NCBI GenBank assembly: GCA_040752415.1
Contig: JBFMGU010000012.1
Coordinates: 1 to 64,000, forward strand
Length of the DNA: 64,000 nucleotides
Source: Myxococcota bacterium
Lineage (GTDB): Bacteria; Myxococcota; JACRCW01
Direction: 5' to 3'
In this document: in pieces, positions 49,429 to 58,236 of the stretch
How the letters are laid out: each line of letters begins with the position of its first letter
How positions within the stretch are numbered: position 1 is the first letter of the stretch
Program-made: the position numbers and the translations under genes
The notes under the pieces: generated by a model
What the model was told of the DNA's origin: nothing
Seen by the model: the letters and a program-made list of their open reading frames with translations, nothing else
Database searches by the model: none

Positions 49429-51447
49429 ATGTCCAGCAACGTGAAGAGCACCGGCACCACCCGCTCCGCGCCCAAGGCCGCTCCCCGTCCGTCGGAAGCG
49501 CCGCAGGCTCCCAAGGCGGGCAGCACGTACACCGTGCGCAAGGGCGACACCCTCTGGGACATCTCCCGCAAGGCCTATGGCGACGGAAACCGCTGGCGTG
49601 AGATCGCCGACGCCAACAAGGCGAAGGTGGGCGCCAAGGGACTCATCCAGCCCGGTGAGCGGCTGCGCATCCCGCAGGACCGCGGCGCGGACCAGTTCAG
49701 CACCCGGGCGCCTTCCGCGGGTCGTGCGACGACGGGAGGCAGCCGCCGCGGCCAGAGCGCGCTGCCCGTGGCGGAGCGCACCGAGCTCAAGGGCGACGTC
49801 AGCCGGCGCATGCACGCCGTCAACACGGCAAGCACGGCGGCTCCCCGCCAGAGCGGTCGTGCGCTGCGCGAGGAGACGCCCACCCGGCGCGCTTCCCCGA
49901 CGACGACGCCAACCGCGCCCGGCGGCGGCACCGCGGTGGCCCGGCCGCAGGCCCGCACCACGCGCGTGGACGGACCGGCTCCCGCGGGCACCACTCCGCC
50001 GCCCAGCGACGGCACGACGACACCGACCGAGCCGCAGACGCCTCCCGGGCTGGGCGTGGGGGCGCGCGGGAAGCTGGTGGAACGCGCCGAGCAGCGGCTC
50101 AAGCGCGCCGGGTTCAGCCCCGGAAAAGTCGACAAGACCTTCACCACGAAGACCGAGGAGGCGGTGCGTCGCTTCCAGGAATCCACCGGCCTCGAGGCCA
50201 CGGGGCGCCTGGATGACCGCACGCTGCGCCGGCTGCAGGGTGTGGACCGACGGATCCGTCGTCACGGTGGCGCGCTGGTGGGCCCCGGCCAGAACAGCGG
50301 CCGCATCCACGACGTGGAGAAGCGGCTCCGCCGGCTGGGCTACGCGCCGGGCAAGGTCGACGGCGTCTATGACCACGAGACCGCCGCGGCGGTGCGGGCG
50401 TTCCGCAAGGACCAGGGCATCAAGAGCGAGTCCAACCTCATGGGCAAGCGCGCGCAGGAGCAGCTGCGCCACGAGGTCAGCCGGTTCCAGCACGAGCCGT
50501 TCCACAGCCGCGTGAAGGCCAGCCGTGAACGTCGCCGCATGGATGACCGCGTGGAGCGGGCGGCAGCCACCGAGCACGCCGACGGGACCCAGGGACTGGG
50601 CCGCGGCTCGTCGCGCAGCGCAGCGGTGAAATACGTCCAGGGGCACCTCAAGGCGGCGGGGTATGATCCCAAGCGCACCGACGGCGTCTTCGACGAGCGT
50701 ACCGAGGGAGCGCTGAAGGAGTACCAGCGTCGCGAGGGGCTGCCGACCAGCGGGCGCGTGGACAGCCGGACGTGGAAGCACCTGCGCAAGGCCACGCTGG
50801 AGGCGCGCGACGGCACCAGCCCGCCGCAGACGGTGGGAGAACGCTCCCGCGCCGTGCTGAAGACGGAGCGCATGCTGAAGAAGCTGGGCTACAAGACCGG
50901 CGACGTCGACGGGCGCTACACCGAGGCCACGCAGCGCGCCGTGGACCGCTTCCGTCGTCGCAAGCGGCTGGGCAACGTGGGCAAGGGCGTGGGAAGCGGG
51001 ACGGTCAAGGCGCTCCAGAAGGCCATCCGCCAGAAGAACAACCCCTTCGGCAAGCCCGTCACCATGACCGGCTATCGCAACGGCGTTCCCTATCCCGTGA
51101 AGGTGGTGAAGGTGGACGGCTACTACACCGGCGTGGCCACGGCGAAAGCGTACAAGCGCATGGAGGCGGCGGCGCGTCGGGACGGCATCGACCTCGACAT
51201 CGTCTCGGGCTTCCGCACCATGGCCAAGCAGCGCGAGCTCTACAACCTCTACGGCCCGAGTCGCGCGGCCTATCCGGGCTATTCCAACCACCAGAACGGC
51301 AGCGCGCTGGACCTCAACGTGCAGACCGCGCCGGGCAACATGGCCGTCGGCGTGGGTTCCGTCTACAACTGGCTCGCCCGCAACGCGCATCGTTTTGGTT
51401 TCAGCCGCATTGCCAGCGAGGCGTGGCACTGGGAATACCGTCGTTGA
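49429..51447 (+). CDS. LysM + multiple peptidoglycan-binding domains + M15B (VanY-like) peptidase
   Basis: YTVRKGDTLWDIS; repeated L...GY.PG.VDG....T..AV..F; SGFRT, SNHQNG.A.D, EAWHWEY. Confidence 0.9.
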   Translation: MSSNVKSTGTTRSAPKAAPRPSEAPQAPKAGSTYTVRKGDTLWDISRKAYGDGNRWREIADANKAKVGAKGLIQPGERLRIPQDRGADQFSTRAPSAGRATTGGSRRGQSALPVAERTELKGDVSRRMHAVNTASTAAPRQSGRALREETPTRRASPTTTPTAPGGGTAVARPQARTTRVDGPAPAGTTPPPSDGTTTPTEPQTPPGLGVGARGKLVERAEQRLKRAGFSPGKVDKTFTTKTEEAVRRFQESTGLEATGRLDDRTLRRLQGVDRRIRRHGGALVGPGQNSGRIHDVEKRLRRLGYAPGKVDGVYDHETAAAVRAFRKDQGIKSESNLMGKRAQEQLRHEVSRFQHEPFHSRVKASRERRRMDDRVERAAATEHADGTQGLGRGSSRSAAVKYVQGHLKAAGYDPKRTDGVFDERTEGALKEYQRREGLPTSGRVDSRTWKHLRKATLEARDGTSPPQTVGERSRAVLKTERMLKKLGYKTGDVDGRYTEATQRAVDRFRRRKRLGNVGKGVGSGTVKALQKAIRQKNNPFGKPVTMTGYRNGVPYPVKVVKVDGYYTGVATAKAYKRMEAAARRDGIDLDIVSGFRTMAKQRELYNLYGPSRAAYPGYSNHQNGSALDLNVQTAPGNMAVGVGSVYNWLARNAHRFGFSRIASEAWHWEYRR

Positions 51448-51477
51448 CGACGAAGCGGCTCCAACGCGGTGCTACGC

Positions 51478-52179
51478 TTAGCCCTCCGTGGCGAGCCATC
51501 CTCCAAACAAGCCGGCCAGGGTGAGCATCCCGAGCAGGAGCCCTGCCGCAATCCGCCGCACCGCGCGTCCGGGCGGTCGTGGCAGCAGGAAGAGCCCCGC
51601 CACGACGACGTTGAGAACCGCGTTCGCCACGCCCAGCCAGCGATGCACCTCGAGCACGCGGGAGAGCTCCGGCGCGCCCGCCGCAAAGTCGCGGCCCTGA
51701 CTCCAACCCGTCACGGCGGCCGCCACCGCGCCCAGTGCGCCGCCCAGCGCCATCAGGCGTTGCGCCGTCCCGTCGTCCGCGGTGGGCCGCCACAACAGCA
51801 GCAGCATGAGCGCCAGCGCAAAGCCGATGGGCACGTGGACCAGCTTGTTGTGGGGATGCCCGGCAGCGTGCTCGACCATCGCCTCCAGCGTGATGGGGGC
51901 CGGCTCCACGCGCCGCTCGTCGGCCGCTGGAAGGGGCGCCTGCGAAGGTTGCGCGGGAGGTGGGGCCGCCGCCTCCCTGGCTCCGTCGGTGGTGGCAGCG
52001 GGCGACGGCGCGGGTTCGACGGCGGGGGCCGGCGCCATCTCCCCAGCGTCACCGGCGGTGCCCGGAGTCTTCTTGTGGCCACGATGGGCCTCTGCCATGT
52101 CGGGCGCCAGGAAGAACGCCGCGGCCATCACGAGGCAGCACGCTTGCACCAGGGCTTGGAAACGTGTGCACGTACGCAT
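51478..52179 (-). CDS. DUF2231-like membrane protein with His-containing N-terminus
   Basis: Signal peptide followed by HRGH; HPHNKLVHVPIG; four TM helices; H..LG; G..GG.L. Confidence 0.7.
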   Translation of the reverse strand: MRTCTRFQALVQACCLVMAAAFFLAPDMAEAHRGHKKTPGTAGDAGEMAPAPAVEPAPSPAATTDGAREAAAPPPAQPSQAPLPAADERRVEPAPITLEAMVEHAAGHPHNKLVHVPIGFALALMLLLLWRPTADDGTAQRLMALGGALGAVAAAVTGWSQGRDFAAGAPELSRVLEVHRWLGVANAVLNVVVAGLFLLPRPPGRAVRRIAAGLLLGMLTLAGLFGGWLATEG

Positions 52180-52183
52180 GATG

Positions 52184-52335
52184 TCAGTGGGGCTCCCTCA
52201 CTTCGCCGGTGGCACAGCCCAGGTCGAGGACACGCGCACCCGTCGTCACCGCGGCCTGCGACACCAGCGCCTGCTTGAACTCGCGCTCACGCAAGGTGAT
52301 GGCCATCAGCGGGTCCCCGAGGCCACGGAGCGCCG
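52184..52335 (-). pseudogene. Remnant of a class I SAM-dependent methyltransferase
   Basis: DPLMAITLREREFK.AL...RVLDLGCATG followed by an almost immediate stop. Confidence 0.6.
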
Positions 52336-52346
52336 CCTCCCGGGGA

Positions 52347-52554
52347 AGCAATGGCCACGCCACGTCGCGGACGGCCGGAGGCAGGACCGCACTCGCCCTT
52401 TGGACCCGTGCTGACGTGAGGAGCGTCGAGAATATTACACAGCGCATTCTGGAGAATACTCTCCACGCCGGGACCGCACCGTGGCGGCAGCTCGAGGCGT
52501 GATCCGGTCACGGAAGGGAGGCTTAGGTGAAAGCCCAGTGGCATGCATCTGGCA
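52347..52554. promoter_or_regulatory. Divergent sigma54 promoters (52347-52362 minus; 52539-52554 plus) flanking paired palindromes (52426-52441, 52450-52465)
   Basis: TGGCGTGGCCATTGCT; TGGCATGCATCTGGCA; TCGAGAATATTACACA; TGGAGAATACTCTCCA. Confidence 0.7.
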
Positions 52555-52599
52555 CACGCGCAGGCGGCACGCCCCACCTTGAGCACGTCGCCTTCGACC

Positions 52600-53832
52600 A
52601 TGTTCGCGCCCACCGAGGCCACCGCCGTGGCGCTTGAGCTCCCGTTCTCCGCGGGCGGACGGCCGCCCCTCGTCGGCAACCGCCTGTGGATTGCCGCGCT
52701 GTTGATGGCCCTGGCCATCACCGTGGCGCACTACGGCACGTCCATGGAGCTGATCACGCTGCACAACATCCTGCGGCGCCTCTACTACCTGCCCATTGTC
52801 ATGGCGGCGGTGGGTTACGGGGTGAAGGGAGGCCTCCTCGCCGCCGCGGGATGTGCCCTGGGCTATGTGCCGCACGCGTTCCTGGTGGATCACCACATGG
52901 TCGCGTCGCTGCCCCACGAGGGGCACAACGTGGGTCCACACGCCGGTCACGTGATGGGCGTGCCGCTCTCGGGAGATCCCTCTCCCACCGCGGAGAAGGT
53001 GCTGGAGATCGTGCTCTTCCACGGCGTGGGCTGGGTGACCGGTGTGCTCTCGGAGCGGTGGGCCCGGGCGCTCGAGGAGTCGCAGGCCCTGACCCGTCGA
53101 CTGCACCTCGCGCTGCAGGAGCGCGACCGCATGCGCGAACAGCTGGTGCGGAGCGAGAAGCTTGGGGCGCTGGGGCAACTTAGCGCCGGGCTGGCCCACG
53201 AGATTCGCAATCCGCTCAGCGCCATTCGCGGCAGCGCGGAGGTGTTGGCGGAGGATTTCCGTGCCGGGCATCCCAAGGCGCAGCTCGCCGGCATCCTGCT
53301 CAAGGAGCTCACGCGACTGGACCGCGTGCTCACGGACTTCCTCCAGTTCGCGCGACCACCCGCTCCCAACACCCACCCCTTTGCCCTGGACAAGCTCATC
53401 GACGAGGTGGCGACGATGACCGTGGCCCGTCGTCAAGAGGCTCACATCTCGTACCGCGCGGAGATTGCCACCGGTCTGCCACCGTGCCTGGCGGACCCGG
53501 ATCACATCCGGCAGATCCTGTTGAACCTGGTGCTCAACGCCATCCAGGCCATGCCCCACGGCGGGACCCTCACCTTCCGCTGCCATCTGCTCCAGCCGTC
53601 GGATGCGCCCGCGCTGCGGTTGGAGGTGCAGGACACCGGCTCTGGCATCCCCACCGGTGAGCTGCACCGGATCTTCGAGCCGTACTTCACCACGCGCGCC
53701 GAGGGGACCGGTCTGGGGCTCTCCATCAGCCACGCGCTCGCGGAAGCCAACGGCGCCGTGCTCGACGTGCGCAGCACCGAGGGAAGAGGCTCCACGTTCG
53801 GCCTCACGCTGCGTTGCCAGGAGGCGGCATGA
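52600..53832 (+). CDS. Membrane sensor histidine kinase with His/Met-rich loop
   Basis: TM segments; DHHMVASLPHEGHNVGPHAGHVMG loop; AHEIRNPL; GTGLGL. Confidence 0.9.
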   Translation: MFAPTEATAVALELPFSAGGRPPLVGNRLWIAALLMALAITVAHYGTSMELITLHNILRRLYYLPIVMAAVGYGVKGGLLAAAGCALGYVPHAFLVDHHMVASLPHEGHNVGPHAGHVMGVPLSGDPSPTAEKVLEIVLFHGVGWVTGVLSERWARALEESQALTRRLHLALQERDRMREQLVRSEKLGALGQLSAGLAHEIRNPLSAIRGSAEVLAEDFRAGHPKAQLAGILLKELTRLDRVLTDFLQFARPPAPNTHPFALDKLIDEVATMTVARRQEAHISYRAEIATGLPPCLADPDHIRQILLNLVLNAIQAMPHGGTLTFRCHLLQPSDAPALRLEVQDTGSGIPTGELHRIFEPYFTTRAEGTGLGLSISHALAEANGAVLDVRSTEGRGSTFGLTLRCQEAA

Positions 53833-55193
53833 CCCGGGAGACCGTGCTGCTCGTCGAGGATGATGCCAGCCTGCGCGAGGTGATGGCCTTCCAGCTGCAG
53901 TCGGAGGGGTACCGCGTCATCAAGTCCGCCAGCGGCGCGGAGGCCCTCACCCACCTTGAGCATGAAGCTCCGCCCGCCGTGGTGATCACGGACCTCAAGA
54001 TGCCGCACATGGATGGCTTCCAGGTGCTGGCGGAGGTCCGCAAGCGTGCGCCGCTGACGCCGGTGTTGGTGGTCACGGCGTTCGGCAACGTGGAGACGGC
54101 GGTGCAGGCCATGCGCGGCGGCGCCTTCGACTTCGTGAGCAAGCCATTCCACAAGGACCAGTTCCTGCTCACGGTCCAGAAGGCGGTGGCCCAGTGGCGT
54201 CTCCTCGACGAGAACGAACGCCTCAAGGAGGACAGCCGCCGCGAGGGGGAATGCGTGGCGGTCTCCCCGGCCATGCGCGAGGTGCTGGCGCAGGCGCGTC
54301 AGGTGGCCAACACCACGGCCACCGTGTTGCTGCTGGGCGAAAGCGGGGCCGGCAAGGAGGTGCTGGCGCGGGAGATCCATCGCGCGAGCGACCGGCGGGA
54401 CAAGCCGTTCGTGGCCATCAATTGCGCGGCCATTCCCAAGGACCTGCTGGAGGCGGAGCTGTTCGGCTTTGCGCGGGGAGCGTTCACCGGCGCGCACAAG
54501 GAGCGCGTGGGCAAGTTCCAGGCGGCGGACGGAGGCACGCTGTTTCTCGACGAGATCGGCGACCTTGACGATGCGCTGCAGGCCAAGATCCTGCGCGTGC
54601 TGGAGAACCGCACGGTCGACGTGATTGGCGGAGGGACCGTGCCCGTCAACGTGCGCATCATCGCCGCCACGCACCGGGACCTGGCCGCGGAGGTGGCTGC
54701 CAAGCGGTTCCGCCAGGATCTCTTCTTCCGCCTGGCGGTCATTCCCCTGCGCATTCCGCCGCTGCGCTCGCGCCCGGAGGATGCCAGCGTCCTGTTTGCC
54801 CGCTTCATCCGCCGCTTCTCCGGGGATGCCAACATCACCATGAGCGACGCACTCTTGCGTGCCGTCGAGCGTCGCGCGTGGCCGGGGAACGTGCGTGAGC
54901 TGCGCAACGTGGCCGAGCGCATGGTGGCGCTGCGCAAGTCCGACTCGCTCGACGTTGGCGACCTGCCGCCCGAGGACGCTCCCGGTGCGGCCGCCGCCGC
55001 GCAGACGTGGAACCTCCGTCCCGGCAACATCGAGCTGCCCCCGGAGGGCGTGGGCCTCGAGGAGCTGGAGCGCGCGGTGATCGAGTATGCCCTGGAGAAG
55101 AACGCGGGAAACGTCTCCGCCGCCGCGCGCTTCCTGAAGGTGCCGCGACACATCCTGGTCTATCGAATCGAGAAGTTCGGCATCAGCCCCTAA
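53829..55193 (+). CDS. Sigma54-dependent NtrC-family response regulator
   Basis: REC domain; GESGAGKE; GAFTGA; LFLDEIG; WPGNVREL; Fis-type HTH. Confidence 0.95.
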   Translation: MTRETVLLVEDDASLREVMAFQLQSEGYRVIKSASGAEALTHLEHEAPPAVVITDLKMPHMDGFQVLAEVRKRAPLTPVLVVTAFGNVETAVQAMRGGAFDFVSKPFHKDQFLLTVQKAVAQWRLLDENERLKEDSRREGECVAVSPAMREVLAQARQVANTTATVLLLGESGAGKEVLAREIHRASDRRDKPFVAINCAAIPKDLLEAELFGFARGAFTGAHKERVGKFQAADGGTLFLDEIGDLDDALQAKILRVLENRTVDVIGGGTVPVNVRIIAATHRDLAAEVAAKRFRQDLFFRLAVIPLRIPPLRSRPEDASVLFARFIRRFSGDANITMSDALLRAVERRAWPGNVRELRNVAERMVALRKSDSLDVGDLPPEDAPGAAAAAQTWNLRPGNIELPPEGVGLEELERAVIEYALEKNAGNVSAAARFLKVPRHILVYRIEKFGISP

Positions 55194-55226
55194 CCCGCGC
55201 CCGGGACGCGCGGTTGGTCGTGGCGG

Positions 55227-55274
55227 TGCAGACTATTCTTCGTTTTGGCCACCGGCGGTGACGAATATTCTCCA
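55227..55274. promoter_or_regulatory. Paired palindromic operator/enhancer sites
   Basis: TGCAGACTATTCTTCG (55227) and TGACGAATATTCTCCA (55259). Confidence 0.65.
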
Positions 55275-56699
55275 TTGCGACTCCACCACGTGGTGACCCG
55301 CGCAGACCCTACGCCTTCCACGGTGCGGAGCATCCAACATCGTGGAGGGCGTTCGGCGACGCTGCGCGACGAAGCTTGAACAATGGCACCGCGGCCGGTA
55401 CAGGACGGCCGCCAAGGAGGCTTTCCATGCACAAGGTCCTTTCTCGCAAGCTGAAGAACGTGAAGGTGGAGGCGCCCAAGCCGAAGCTCGGCGTGCGCTG
55501 CTGCGGCAACGTGAACTGCTGTGGCAACATCCGCTGCTGCGGCAACTGAGTCCGTCGCGCATCACGCCAACGCCCCGTCGCTCCACGCGGATCGACGGGG
55601 CGTTGTGTTTCGACGGATGGGAGGACGAGCCTCCGGAACACCGTTGTGATCCCGGACTGGAATCCCGGTGCTGGCCAGCGGCGGGCCGACGCCCAGACGT
55701 CTTGGTGCGCAGCTCCAGACGTCTTGTTGCGCACACCCAGACGCCTTGGTGCGCGTGTTCAGACGCGTTGTGGGGGGCCGGCGTCGTCGTGGCGCGGCCC
55801 GGGGTGTCCTCCCACGTCCCGGTCTCCGTCTCTCCCGCGCGAGGACGCGGTTGCGCCTCCTGCGCGGGCCGCGCGGGGCCAGGCCACCACTGCGCTGCAG
55901 GCGTCAACAAACCGGCCACTGGAGGCAGCGGCTCGTCCAGGGGCGCCACCGGGATGTCCGACCAGCGCTCCCAGCCCAGCATCCCTGCTTCAGTCTCCCG
56001 CTTGGCCTCGCGAGCGAACCTCTCCACCTTGGCAAGCCCCTGCGGGAGCGTCACGCGCGTCACCAGGCGGGAGAGGGCGGGGGGAATGCGTCCGCCTGGG
56101 GCCAGCTCTCCCCGGAAGACAAGGATGCTCCTACCTCCTCCGTCGGTGGCCAAGAGCGTCATCTCCCCCCGATCCACGGGAACACGCACCACTCCGGGTC
56201 GCCGCGGCGGTCCGGCGGCTTCATCCAGATCCCACGTCAAGCGAAGGGCTCCCGTGCCGTCGGGATTGAGGTCCTGGTGGAGCGTTCGCCGGATGGCGTA
56301 GTCACGCGGGGCGGTGAGCGGGACCTGGACCACTCCGTAGACCCACAGCTCACTCCCCTCGCGGCGGAAGACGCGGCAGTAGCGCATCTCGGGGTAGTGC
56401 GGCTTGTGCTCGCAGAAGTGGAAGAGCACGTGCCGGACGTAGCGCGGCTCCACCTCGAGGATGACGGCGGCGTCAAAGGTGTACGCACCGCGGTGGTCCG
56501 GCGGCGCAACCCGCAGGTGGTGGACCTCCGCGGCGAGCGCCACGGCCGGCGCAACGAGGAGCACGCTGATCAAACCGGTGCGTCCGCGTGGCACGAGCGC
56601 CTCCTGACCCGCATCCCCCGCCGCGTCGCCTTTCGGCCCACGCGGTATACGTCCACGCCGTGCCCCCATCAGGCCGCCCCCCAGCGCGAGCGGGGACAC
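55233..56699 (-). CDS. START/SRPBCC-domain protein; true boundaries uncertain, C-terminal half probably read-through
   Basis: Y....VP...PRDY, W......P...GVVRV....G..., PGG.IP..L START-like pattern over ~55990-56530. Confidence 0.55.
   Translation of the reverse strand: MSPLALGGGLMGARRGRIPRGPKGDAAGDAGQEALVPRGRTGLISVLLVAPAVALAAEVHHLRVAPPDHRGAYTFDAAVILEVEPRYVRHVLFHFCEHKPHYPEMRYCRVFRREGSELWVYGVVQVPLTAPRDYAIRRTLHQDLNPDGTGALRLTWDLDEAAGPPRRPGVVRVPVDRGEMTLLATDGGGRSILVFRGELAPGGRIPPALSRLVTRVTLPQGLAKVERFAREAKRETEAGMLGWERWSDIPVAPLDEPLPPVAGLLTPAAQWWPGPARPAQEAQPRPRAGETETGTWEDTPGRATTTPAPHNASEHAHQGVWVCATRRLELRTKTSGRRPAAGQHRDSSPGSQRCSGGSSSHPSKHNAPSIRVERRGVGVMRDGLSCRSSGCCHSSSRCRSSARRASAWAPPPSRSSACEKGPCAWKASLAAVLYRPRCHCSSFVAQRRRTPSTMLDAPHRGRRRVCAGHHVVESQWRIFVTAGGQNEE
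55427..55549 (+). CDS. 40-aa Cys-rich peptide MHKVLSRKLKNVKVEAPKPKLGVRCCGNVNCCGNIRCCGN
   Basis: AAGGAGG 6 nt before ATG; mostly G/C third codon positions; three xxCCGN repeats; followed by a terminator hairpin; absent from the ORF track. Confidence 0.85.
   Translation: MHKVLSRKLKNVKVEAPKPKLGVRCCGNVNCCGNIRCCGN
55568..55610 (+). terminator. Intrinsic terminator-like hairpin after the Cys peptide
   Basis: 13-bp perfect stem CAACGCCCCGTCG/CGACGGGGCGTTG followed by TGTTT. Confidence 0.75.
55693..55770. repeat. 22-bp tandem repeat, ~3.5 copies
   Basis: CCAGACG(T/C)CTTG(G/T)TGCGC units at 55693, 55715, 55737 and partial 55759. Confidence 0.8.
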
Positions 56700-56807
56700 G
56701 AGGTCATCCCCGGGCGGAGGCCGATGCTCGGGCGCAGGTCCCGCCGCGACACCCCGTTACGTCTGCATCAGCGGGCTCGCGCGTCCCGCGCACCCAGGGA
56801 GGAAGAC

Positions 56808-57155
56808 ATGCTGCATGCACGACTCATCCTTGTACTCGGACTGGCGGCCTCGTCGGTGGCGTGGGCCCAGGAGCAACCCCAGCAGCAGGCGCCCTGCCCA
56901 TGCCCCATGATGGGCGGTGACAACACGATGAGCTCCATGATGCAGGCCTGCATGGACCACAACCGGATGACCACCCAGGCCATCGACGAGATGACAGCCA
57001 CCATGGCGCAGGCCCGGAAGTCGGGCGACGCTGCCAAGATGCGCAGCGCGCTCGAGTCCGCGGAGCGAACCCTCCGCGACATGCGTCAGCACACCGGAGC
57101 CTGCATGAGAGCCATGGAGCAGATGCCTGCGCCGGGGAGCGGGGCGCCGCGTTGA
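56808..57155 (+). CDS. Secreted Met-rich helical protein (possible copper binder)
   Basis: RBS GGAGG; signal peptide AWA-Q; CPCPMM, MMQACMDH, HTGACM. Confidence 0.7.
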   Translation: MLHARLILVLGLAASSVAWAQEQPQQQAPCPCPMMGGDNTMSSMMQACMDHNRMTTQAIDEMTATMAQARKSGDAAKMRSALESAERTLRDMRQHTGACMRAMEQMPAPGSGAPR

Positions 57156-57200
57156 GGGCGGCATGGCATCCCAGGACCAGGAGATGAAGGGAGAGGCAGG

Positions 57201-57569
57201 GTGGAGGGCTCGGATCCTGGGGAGATGCTGCTGCGTCACATCGCTTCCCACCTTGGCACCCTCGCCGAGGCCATTGCGATCGTGATCATTGGCGTGGCCG
57301 TTGTTCGCGCCGCGTGGGAGTTGTGTCGGACCGTAAGAAAGGCAACACGCCATCCCTGGTCCAACGTTCGCCTCGACCTGGGACGTTCACTGGCGCTGGC
57401 GTTGGAGTTCATGCTGGCTGGCGACGTTGCCCGAACCGCCGTGGCGCCTTCGTGGAACGACATCGCTCAGCTCGCGGCAATCGCCGTGATCCGCACCGGG
57501 CTCAACGTCTTCCTGCATCGCGACATCAACGTGGTGCAGGCGCGACACGAAACCACCGCCGATGCGTGA
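57201..57569 (+). CDS. DUF1622 family membrane protein
   Basis: R..LGRSLALALEF.LA.DV..T..AP.W..I..L..IA.IRT.L..FL..DI. Confidence 0.85.
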   Translation: MEGSDPGEMLLRHIASHLGTLAEAIAIVIIGVAVVRAAWELCRTVRKATRHPWSNVRLDLGRSLALALEFMLAGDVARTAVAPSWNDIAQLAAIAVIRTGLNVFLHRDINVVQARHETTADA

Positions 57570-57616
57570 AGTTCTCCACCCCGGGCAGCGGACGCCTGGC
57601 CGCGAGAGGTGACAAC

Positions 57617-58168
57617 ATGACAACTCACGATGCATCGGGCGCCCACCTGCCGCACATTCCAGCACAGCACCGCGCCGACGCTTCTTGGCGGCTCCCCCGG
57701 CGGGGACGGCCCGGTCACCGGTTGCTCGCCTTCGTTGCCAGCTTCGCGTTCGGTGGATGCGACGTCCTCCTCGGGTCCTTCGACGCGGCCCACAACGGTG
57801 CCCGCATCTTCTACACCGGCGCGAACAGCGCAGGCGAAACCATCGCCTACGCGGGCGGGCCCGGGCCGGAGGACGGCGTCGCGCATGGCGTCCTGACGTG
57901 CGCGCTGTGTCATGGAAGGCGCGCGCGGGGCGGCAGCTACCGCGTGCACGGTGTGCTGGTGCGTGCCCCGGACATCCGCTGGAGCACCCTGGAGCAGCGC
58001 GGGGAAGGTCTCGGCGCTCCGGAGGGCTACACGTTGGACGCGTTTCGGATGGCGGTGGTCGATGGCCGGCACCCGGATGGCACGCCGCTCGACGGAGACA
58101 TGCCGCGGTACGAGCTGGGTGACGAGGACCTGTCAGACCTGGCGTCCTTCCTGCAGTCCATCCCCTGA
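57617..58168 (+). CDS. Monoheme c-type cytochrome (probable lipoprotein)
   Basis: CALCH heme motif; distal MPRY...D..DL..FL. Confidence 0.8.
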   Translation: MTTHDASGAHLPHIPAQHRADASWRLPRRGRPGHRLLAFVASFAFGGCDVLLGSFDAAHNGARIFYTGANSAGETIAYAGGPGPEDGVAHGVLTCALCHGRRARGGSYRVHGVLVRAPDIRWSTLEQRGEGLGAPEGYTLDAFRMAVVDGRHPDGTPLDGDMPRYELGDEDLSDLASFLQSIP

Positions 58169-58236
58169 CCCATCTGCACGACGTCAGCGCTCCCACTTCG
58201 TGTCCCGCCGAGGCGGCCCGGACACCACGCGGAACG

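Noticed and set aside
55384..55399. Sigma54 promoter for the Cys peptide (TGGCACCGCGGCCGGT)
   Set aside because: Good -24 element but no GC at -12; the promoter remains unidentified
55427..55549. Calling the peptide methanobactin MbnA or a SCIFF/ranthipeptide precursor
   Set aside because: No MbnB/MbnC, radical-SAM or transporter genes are adjacent and the Cys spacing differs; kept only as an open hypothesis
55693..55770. Possible mini-CRISPR array
   Set aside because: Repeats are contiguous with only ~4 variable nt, there are no spacer-length unique segments, and no cas genes are in the window
55233..55900. C-terminal half of the 488-aa minus-strand ORF as real protein
   Set aside because: Low-complexity sequence that crosses a 22-bp repeat, a terminator and the antisense peptide gene; likely read-through
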